In this document: piece after piece, positions 1 to 9,200 of the stretch | Position numbering within the stretch: the stretch's first letter is position 1 | Layout of the letters: the number at the start of each line of letters is the position of its first letter | NCBI GenBank assembly: GCA_043228905.1 | Contig: JBHGNT010000022.1 | Coordinates: forward strand, 5,456,001 to 5,520,000 | Origin: Azolla caroliniana | Lineage: Eukaryota; Plantae; Polypodiophyta | DNA: 64,000 bases | Direction: 5' to 3' | The notes under the pieces: generated by a model | Database searches by the model: none | The model's input: the letters and a program-made list of their open reading frames with translations, nothing else | Told to the model about the DNA's origin: nothing | Made by a program: the position numbers and the translations under genes

Positions 1-1602
1 GCATATGTTAAGTCACTTAATCCGGAGGTAAGACACATCTCCGGAAAAGACAACGCTGTAGCGGATATGCTATCAAGGGTGCGGTTCGGAGATGACATAA
101 CCAAATCCGATAATGAAGAAGTTTCCGAAGACTACTTTGCTTCGGAGCACATATGTTGGGTGGAAGTAATCCAAGAATTCCGGGAAGAAGAATACGAGGG
201 AGAAAGCTTGTTAATTGGGAAAATGCTACGAGAAATCAAGGAATCATTTGACAATAAAGATCCGAAGTAAGAAACGGCAAGTCCGAAAGTTCTTCTTGAA
301 AATGGATTTTTATGGAGGGAGTCGAAAAGACCGGGTGGCATACCACTTCGAGTAGTCGGGACAAAAGAGCAACGAAACCAGGTAATGTCCGAATTTCACG
401 AATCTGATTGGGCTGGACATCGGGGAACATGGGCAACATTTGGGAAGATCAAGCAAAGATATTGGTGGAAGAATATGTATAAAGATGTCGCGGAGTTCAC
501 GGAAAGCTGCGAGAAGTGTCAAATCTACTCCAGAGTTCAACACCGAGATGAGTTACATCCGACATTCTCACCGACAATCAACTTCAAATGGATGGTTGAC
601 ATTGTAGCCATGCCAACCGGGATCAGACAAAAGAAGTACTTGGTGTTAGCTCGGGAAGATCTCACAAACCAAGTAGAAGGTCGGGCGCTACGGAGGAAAA
701 CATGTTCTACGGTATGCCAATTCCTTTTGGAAGAAGTGTTTTGTAGGTACGGGTGCGTAGGACAAGTGATTGCGGATCGGGGAGAACTCGACTCTGATAA
801 AGCTAAGGAATTCTTCACTAAACATGGAGTTCGGTTAACACTGACAACGGCATACAATCCAGAAGCCAATGGGAAGATCGAACGAGGACATAGTCCGATT
901 GTCAAAGCACTTGCGAAGGCATGCAATGGAAGGGTCAAGGATTGGCCATAGATGCTTCCGTATGCACTATGGGGGGATCGGACGACACATAGCTCCGTAA
1001 CCGGTTACATGCCGGCAGAACTTATGACCGGACAAGCACCGGTAATGCCGACGGAAACCGCAATCGCAACATGGACAATGCTACCATGGAAGGAAGAGAT
1101 GAGCCGGGAAGAACTACTAGCGGTTCGGATATGACAACTGGAGGGAAGACCGGAAGACATAGCGGAAGCAATACGCCGACAACAAGAAGCGCGATTCCGG
1201 AATAAAAGCCGGTTCGACACAAAGCACCGACTACGACCGCAGAAGATTGAAGAAGGAGATTGGGTGATTGTCTACGACAGTAGTTTGGATCATCAACATA
1301 CAACGATGCGGAAGTTCGCGAAAAGGTGGTTCGAGCCATATGAGGTTCGGAAAGTTTTCGATAACGGAACTTACCGACTATGCAAGTTGGATGGAACGAC
1401 GCTACGAGTGCCTATAGCCAGGAAACGGGTGAAGATTTTCAAGAAGCGGACTGAAGAAGAAGCCTATGTGATCCTAGACAAGACCGACAAGAAGGAGCAA
1501 TCAGACGAAGATCGCGGTGATGCGGAAAGCGAGGAAAGTGGATTACAACTCATAGTCGACTTAAGGGGAGAATTGGAGGAAGCTTCGGATGAAGGTGAAT
1601 AG
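1..1602 (+). pseudogene. Ty3/gypsy pol 3' part (end of RNase H + integrase), degenerate, runs in from the window edge
   Basis: RNase H tail ISGKDNAVADMLSR; integrase H..AGH...C..C zinc motif; core motifs DIVAM / ADRGE / ANGKIERGH; GPY/F-like RWFEPYEV. In-frame stops at 949-951 and 1132-1134. Confidence 0.9.
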
Positions 1603-1646
1603 CAAGCATCGGGGACTTCGGCACATACCGGAGGATGTGCGGGTTT

Positions 1647-1967
1647 GGAGGGGGCGAGTGTCGTAGTGTAATTTGCACACTACATGAAAAATTACATTTT
1701 TGGTTTCTCCAGATAGGATATGGAGTACCCAGTGAGAACTGGAAGGAAGAACCGGTGAGGACCGAAACCGGTAAGGAGACCGGCAAGAGCCGGATGAAGA
1801 AGGCCGGTGAAAGTCGGTGAGAAACGGACGAAGAGGACCGGTAACAGGGATCCGGTAAGAATCGGATAAAGAAAATTGGCGAGAATCGGATGAAGCAGAA
1901 CCGGCAAGAGCCGGATGAAGAAGGCCGGTGAGAGTCTCTCACCAGATGAAGAGACATATTTGTAAAT
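1647..1967 (+). repeat. Polypurine tract plus start of a 3' LTR (TG at 1659) with GA-rich tandem subrepeats; right end not recognisable
   Basis: ggagggggcgag directly followed by tgtcgtagtg; repeated ccggcaagagccggatgaagaaggccggtga units at ~1780-1812 and ~1901-1931. Confidence 0.6.
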
Positions 1968-2001
1968 AGAAGAAAGTATAAAATTATATATTACATGCAT
2001 A

Positions 2002-2061
2002 GGGCAAGAATCAAACCTTGCACCTCCATGTTAATAATGTTAAGCCTTATCATTATACTAG
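2002..2061 (-). other. Possible degenerate tRNA-derived (SINE-like) head
   Basis: Minus strand reads tagtataatgata (A-box-like) ... ggtttgattc (B-box-like) at tRNA-like spacing; no complete cloverleaf. Confidence 0.3.
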
Positions 2062-2514
2062 CGTATTATGAATTTTAAAGTTATACTAAACTTTATCCCA
2101 TGTAAAATTTCTAGACATGCATGGTACAAAAAGTTATTCATGCATAGACACTCGAGTTAAAAGAAAAGATGAGATAGAAAGCTAATCATGCACATGCAGT
2201 GTGCATGAAAACTAAAGATAGGAAAAGTATGATTCTTGCATGTGATAAACTTAGACTCTTCCAACACTATATAAGGAAGAGAGAAAGATGTATAGAGGTT
2301 GTTGATTATTTTACAAGGATTTTGATCAATCTAAGATATTCGTGGGATTCACGATTTTTTTTCCATCTATTTCTCTCTTACATTCTAAGTATCAATTAAT
2401 ACACTATACTCGTGGGATTCACGAGGTTCATATCTTCTTTCAAATATTTCTCTTTCTTGCAATCGATTCATAAGGAGCCTTATCTCATATTCTTCTTTCT
2501 CCTAGTCCAAAACC

Positions 2515-2982
2515 TCAGCGGTTCCCACCCGACTCACGCAACGATCCGGAGCCGAAAGGCATGACAGCGTAATCGGTCATAACCGATATCGAGGTCTTCT
2601 CGGCCGACGCGGACTTCTCTCTTGAAGACCTGTCATCGCTTCCCTCGGAGTCGGACTCGCGTCGGTCTAACTCGTTCCTATCCGTGCCGGAATCCGACAC
2701 CTTCTTCTTCCCTTTCTCTTTGCGTGTAAGCCGTCTCCTCGGCTTCCTGCGCGGGGAATGCACGGCCGAGTCTGCACCACTAGTCGGCTCGTAATCGGAC
2801 TGGTCGAACCGACACAGTCATCCATTCGGTCCACTTAACTAAAATGAAACTGGACTCTCTTCGTCAGTCCCGATTTCAGGCTCATCCAGAGGCATCTCGG
2901 CCTCGCTGACCTCATCGTCAGAACTCGGATTGGAGGTGAGGTCCGGAGTCGGAGGAAAGTACCAGGACATGGACTCATCAAA
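2515..2982 (-). mobile_element. Fragment of Ty1/copia family B (integrase-RT linker)
   Basis: Peptide HSPRRKPRRRLTRKEKGKKK matches the same region at 27556-27852 and 47323-47775. Confidence 0.85.
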
Positions 2983-3073
2983 CCTCTACTAATAGGCTTT
3001 GATGAAATGGAACCTAAACTAGGTTGTACAAATCTAGGGTTGTCCAACCAAATGGCCCCTATTTTGGCTGAAC

Positions 3074-4236
3074 TTATTCATTTGACTCCTCTTCTAATTG
3101 GCTTAGGACTTGAAACTTATTGGACAAGGGTGGATTATTCATAATATTAGAATCACTAAGTGCTTCTAAAATGTTGGAGTCATTTTTATTGTCATAGTGA
3201 ATTTGATTTACCTGACGTTCGGCCTTCGGGAACAATGAATGGCTATATGTCCTACACCTCCGCAATATAAGCAGAGACAGTTTGCTTGGTGTCATTACTT
3301 CTCTTCCTCCGACAATGGTCCTCATCGTTAGGTCATATTGATCCCCATGGGTGTAGGCCTATCCATTGGGGCTGGACTACGTGTCTGCCTTGGAGTTGGA
3401 GTAGGGCTATATGTTTTCCTTGGAGATGATTGCGCCGTTACTAATGCATAAGTTGGTGTGAATGTTGATCTTGTTATTTGTTGTTGTCGTTCACATCGAC
3501 GCTCAAAAAGACGATTATCACACCGTATTGCTTGACTAATAGCTTATGTAAGTGATTTTGGATCCTCGGGAAAGGTAAGAAGTAAGTCCTTCACATCACT
3601 ACAAAGACTAGAACGAAATTGCTCCATTAGGGTTTTGTTTATCCCAAGGAACATTGGTTGCGATGAGACAAAAATTGGTTGCATATGTCGATGTTGGTTG
3701 ATTACCTTGACATAGTGTAGAATCTTGTCGATTGTTGTTCTTGCCCCATCTGTATCTCCAAACGAAGCTTCAAATTCTTTGATAAACTCCTCGAAATTAT
3801 GCAGTAGAGGAGAGTTTGTCTGTCGTAATGGAGCAAACCATGAGAATGTTATGCCAATGAATAAGGTGCCCATTAACCCAACTTGTGATGCATCTGTTGG
3901 ATAACGCGTGGAATGCATTTGAACTACCAACCACACTTGATTCAAGAAACCTCGGATTTGCACCCTCGAACCAACAAATTTAGTTGGGAGGCTTATTTTG
4001 GGCTCCTTGATAATTCCTTGACCTTTGACCCTTTATTGTTGTAAAACTACAATTTTCAATTCTAATTGTTGCACCCGTCGTGTAAACTCCTATTCTTGTT
4101 GTTGCTTCTCCATAGTAACCTTTTGTAGATCTCCAAGAAGATGTTGATTCTCTAATTCAAGAGATTCAAACTTGGATTTAAGATTCTCCATTTTTGCAAC
4201 AAGGGTGAGATATTCTTCTGAGTTGATCGTGGCCAT
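3074..4236 (-). pseudogene. Chromovirus-like (Tcn1/Tf1-type) Ty3/gypsy gag, frameshifted
   Basis: ATG at 4236; N-terminal coiled coil; KISLPTKFVGSRVQIRGFLNQV capsid-like start; PMGINMT motif; CCHC knuckle LCLYCGGVGHIAIHC at ~3232-3276. Confidence 0.8.
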
Positions 4237-4293
4237 GGTTTCGTGATGTTTATAGAGGAGGATAAAGGAGAGAGAGATAAATTCGAATCAAAC

Positions 4294-4633
4294 TATCAGA
4301 ACCAAGAGAAAAGATAGAGTGACAGAAGAAAGATGTAAAGAGATCACAAGAAGAGAGGAATGAAATGATAAGAGAAGAATGAATGTATTAAATGAGAATG
4401 AAAACAAGATAGGTGATGAGAGCTTAAGACTGGTGTTGATTCGAATTGGTTTGAAAGAATTGTATGCCTATATTTATAGGTTCCTATAGAATAGCCTAGA
4501 GATTTCTATAATGTTCTGGAATGTTCTAGACCTAGAATATTCTAAGATGTTCTAGGATATTCTAGAATGTTTTAGAATGTTCCAGAGTAGTAAATAATCA
4601 GTTTATTATAAGAAGTACCTTTTATCATCTCAT
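4294..4633 (-). repeat. 5' LTR (part) of the chromovirus-like element, interrupted by the 4634-18607 insertion; a short remainder follows 18612
   Basis: Lies upstream of gag; minus-strand TATAAATA at 4471-4478; ttctaga tandem motifs at 4495-4585; the ctcat TSD shows the interruption. Confidence 0.65.
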
Positions 4634-5072
4634 TGTTGTCCACCGGAATAGTAACCGACGGACAAGAGCTTAGGAATAAGAAATAATATAAGATCATAAC
4701 GCATGTAACGGTTCACTCAGGAAGCGTGAACGGCTAAATAGACCCTGCGTATATAAAGGGCATAAAACCTCTGATAGAGGGAGCGTGTAATTTTGGGAAT
4801 GTAAGAAACGTCTCATAGTAGAATTCTATCTTCTCTGATTCTCTATGTATAGCTACGGCTAATCCACTGTGTATATCTTGAAGACCTAAGCGTGTAAGAA
4901 CATAAGTGTAACCTTTGCTAAGGATTCAGTTGTAGTCATATCCCTTATATGCTGATAGGTTACAAGGAACATTCCCCTACACATTACGCTTAGACGCCTA
5001 TTCATTGTTCCACACCCACCTGGAGGTCTAGGTCGAAGGACTGACCGCGGACTGTGTTCCTAATCGGCAACA
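4634..5072 (+). repeat. 5' LTR of the gypsy element
   Basis: Direct repeat of 18169-18607; TG...CA termini; TATATAAA at ~4749-4757. Confidence 0.95.
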
Positions 5073-5076
5073 CTTT

Positions 5077-5090
5077 CGGCACGCTTGGTG
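5077..5090 (+). promoter_or_regulatory. Degenerate primer binding site, tRNA-Arg type
   Basis: cggcacgcttggtg, 4 nt after the LTR; 11/14 match to TGGCACGCCCGGTG, the recalled complement of the plant tRNA-Arg(UCU) 3' end; all mismatches are transitions. Confidence 0.65.
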
Positions 5091-5108
5091 ATCTGTGTCT
5101 TCCCATAG

Positions 5109-6234
5109 ATGAACAACGACGAATGGATGTTTAGCCGCAGACGTCCCAGAGAACCAACACGACAAGACCAACCAATAACAAGGTCCGTCACACGCCAGGC
5201 AGAAGAACACGCACGACACAAGCCGTGCCTCAGCAACCTCAGTACTACCTATCGTGAGTACAAAGGTGATTCTTCGCTCTCCAAATACCTTGACGAGACG
5301 CGGGGACTACACTCATCACAGCCACCCGGTGGTCTTTCCCGACCCGCCGTAGCCCCCACCATGGCCTTTGCCTACCCCCACTTTAACGGCGAAACCGACG
5401 CCGCAACGCATATTCGCATGTTCCTGAATGTCTGGAATGCGAACCACATGGCGCAGAGCCTTTCGGAGGCGGTAGCACACCAGTCGAAAATGACGGAGTT
5501 CAGGTTAAAATTAGATGGGCGAGCGGCGTTTTGGCATTCACAGATGGATTTACCAGCAATAACAATCTTCGATCAGCTACAGTCCGCGTTCTTGCGATTC
5601 TTCCATCGGAGGGTTCCACAACGTGAAATCCTCAGACAGCTTTATACGATTAAGCAACTGCCGATCGAGACGATAGCGGACTTCAGCTTACGTTTCCAAA
5701 ATCTACGACGGAAACTGGAACGGAGCCCTGCGGAAGACGAGGCTCGGGAAACATTTATGGCAACTTTACGCCGGCCCATCCGGGCAACGCTCAACAACAA
5801 TAGCGTGAAAGGGGAAATGACGGATATGGTAATTGAACGAGCCTTACAGCTCGAGTTGGATGACGAGGAGGAAAGGTTTTCTATATCCTCCTTACGACAA
5901 GCGTTACCTCAGGATGAGGAACGCCAGTTTCGTCAAGCAATCCAGTGCATGATTTGCTTGAAATCGGGGCATTCCGCAGTGGACTGCAATATGCGAATCC
6001 ACTACCCAATCTACCACTCGAAGGCTCACACAATCAACCAATGCGAATACAATATGTTAAACAGAGCCACTCCTGCAGTCCGCAACATGGACACATAACG
6101 TCAACCACACCGGACTGAACAAAGGAGGCAAGAAGACCGACCCCGGTATAAGGATCACAACCCACGGGAGGACCAGTACCACCGAAATCGCCGAAATCAC
6201 AACGATTCCGAGGAGGACGAACTAGAGGACAAGG
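5109..6234 (+). pseudogene. Gypsy gag, 5' part (continues after 11562)
   Basis: Capsid-like region (YPHFNGETDAATHIRMF...AAFWHSQ...ETIADFSLRF); CCHC CMICLKSGHSAVDC and a degenerate second knuckle; a third knuckle CFICQQPGHYATQC at ~11848-11892. Confidence 0.85.
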
Positions 6235-9200
6235 TGTTGGGATTACGGTCCCTTCGGATGGGATGGTCGGATATCGGAGATGAATGCCGACAAGCCCGGT
6301 TTCGGTTTCGGATCCGGATGACGAAGACCCCGGTTTCGGTACCGGATGACGAATGTACCCGGAGAGCGATCCGGATGCAGGGACATATCCGTGAATATGT
6401 TCGCTATGGGCCCCTGAGGCTACAGTTGTAAATAGCCCAAAGTCATATAAGTATAAATATGACTTAGGGCAAACAGTTTTACTGTTGCTTCTCATTTTTT
6501 TGTTTTTCCACTTTAGAGGAGTGAAGAGAGAGCAACCGTGAGAGAGATAGAGTGCGAGAGAGGAAGAGGTAGACGCCTCTGTGTATTTCCGCCGCCTGTG
6601 GCGAGGACAGCGAGCTCAAGGTCGTCGCCTTGCAGCTCGCCATTGTATACTTCTCTGTATAGTGTTGGTTTGGAGTCTTGTACTCCCGTGGTTTTTCCCG
6701 TCTAGGGTTTTCCACGTTAATCCCTGTGTACTCGCGTTTTTTGTTTCTCCGTGTGGTTCCTATTTTCTGCTGCATTGATTCGCGATTACTCGGTTGTGGC
6801 CGAGTGGTGAAGGTGAATCGAAGCGTCGATTCCCAACAAACTGGTATCAGAGCGAACTGCTGCAGAAAATGGAAGGCGGCGGCAGCGGGCAGCCGGGGAT
6901 GATGGTGCTAAATGCACAGAATTACGCCGACTGGAAGATCAAGATGGAGGATCTTCTGATTGTTCGGGACCTGTACGAACCGATTGACAGGTCGGAAATA
7001 CCGAAGGGGGTACTTGAGTCGGAATGGAGGCTTCTGAACCGGAAAGCCGTTGCAACCATTCGGCAATACGTCGACGTGAGCGTTCTACAACATGTGGCGA
7101 ACGACACCAACGCATATGAGATGTGGCGGAAGCTGTCGGGCCTCTATGAGAGGAAGAATGCGTTGAACCGAACCTCCCTGATGAGGAAGATCGTGAATCT
7201 CAAGTACCGGGATGGCGAGAGTATGGTGGAACACGTAAGCACGTTCATGGGATTCGTGAATCAGCTTGCGGCGATCAAGTTCCCGTTGGAGGATGCAATG
7301 CAAGCCATCATCCTGATGTGTACATTGCCGGAAAGCTGGGAGAACTTGGTGGTAACTCTCAGCACCTCCTGCGCCGAAGATAACTTGTCCTTACAAACGG
7401 TAAAGACAAGTATTTTGAATGAAGAAGCGCGTCGGAGAGATAAGGAACCGGCCTCCGACCCGAAGATGTTGTTTACCGAATCCGATCGGGGAAGACAATG
7501 GAACCGGAGTCCGCAAAGACGGGAGAAGTCGGGGACCCGGTCGCAGTCAAGAGGAAGGCCCACATGCTTCCACTGTGGGAAGCCCGGGCACTTCCGAAAG
7601 AATTGTCGGCATTACCGAAAGGACAATGGAACCGACAACACCGATTCGAAGAAGTCACCGGAGAGAAACGGTGCATACCGGGGAGCCACGGACCGGAGAG
7701 GTCCGGATCGGCGAGGGCAGGACCGGAAAGGAACGACGGCACTCGCGGCAAGTGAAGAGGAGATCATGCTCATCACCGAAGAAGGTGAACTAAACATTGC
7801 CGGCGATGAGACGACCTGGGTGGTCGATTCCGGAGCATCGTTCCACCTGACCCCGGAGAGAAGATACTTCTCATCCTACACAGCCGGCGAGCATGGCTGT
7901 GTTCGGATGGGAAACGAAGGTACGTGCCGGATTGCCGGCATAGGAGACGTGTGGTTGACAACCCCGACGGGATGCAAAATGCTGCTGAAGAATGTCCGAC
8001 ACGTTCCGGAGGTCCGACTGAACCTGATTTCGGCCGGGAGGCTAGATGATGAAGGCTACACGGGTAGCATCCGGAACGGTGTCATGAAGTTCAGCAAGGG
8101 GAGCTTGATAGTGGCTCGGGCCCGGAAGGTCAACACATTGTACCTGATGAATGCTTGGTTATGTCCGGAAGAGCTGAATGTGGCAGCCGACACTGCCGGT
8201 GAGCTGTGGCACAAAAGACTGTGCCACATGAGTGAGAAGGGGATGAAGAGGCTTGCAAAAGACAACCTTATTCCAGTGAAGCACGTGCACCTGGAGAAGT
8301 GCACCGATTGCCTGGCCGGTAAGCAGAACCGAGCCTCCTTCCACTCAAGGCCACCGAAGAGACGTAGTGTACCATTGGAGTTGGTACACACTGATGTGTG
8401 TCAAGTAGAAACGAAGTCACATGGCGGAGCCCAGTACTTCGTGACATTCATTGATGACCACAGCCGGAAGCTGTGGACGGCACCGATGAAGACAAAGGAC
8501 CAAGTGTTGTGCGTCTTCAAAGAACTCCACGCGAGAGTGGAAAGGGAATCCGGCAAGAAGCTGAAAGCGATACGAGCGGATAACGGAGGGGAATACCGGG
8601 GGCAGTTCCAGGAGTACTGTCGCTCGAAGGGAATCCGACTCGAGTTTACTATGCCGAAGACGCCGGAACTGAACGGGCTGGCCGAGAGGATGAACCGGAC
8701 CATAATGGAGAGGGTCCGGAGTATGCTGGCGCATGCGAAATTACCCAAGGGGTTTTGGGCTGAGGCAATGTCGACGGCGACATACGTGATAAACAGATCA
8801 CCCTCAGTACCTTTGGACGGAGACACGCCGCAGAGAGTGTGGACCGGTAGGGAAGTATCCTACCGGCATCTGAAGGTGTTCGGGTGTCTCGCATACGTGC
8901 ATGTGGCAAAGGACCGGAGAGGAAAGCTAGATCCAAAGACCCGGCCATGCATATTCCTCGGATACGGCGACGACGAGTTCGGCTACCGAGTATGGGACCC
9001 GGTTGACAAGAAGATATTCAGGAGTCGAGACATCATCTTCATGGAGGACAAGACACTCGCCGACTGGGAGTCGGAGAAGAAGATGAAGAGCTCCAAGTCA
9101 ACCGGTGAGGATAAACTCTACGAGGAGCAGTCCCGACCGGCAAGGGACCGGTTAGCACTCGAGGATCCGGCCGAAGACGGTGAAGAAACCGAACCGGTCG

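Noticed and set aside
6794-6868. N-terminal extension of the copia ORF from a GTG in U5 (also 59290-59150 in copy 3)
   Set aside because: It runs through the LTR and PBS and differs between copies; the conserved ATG follows the PBS.
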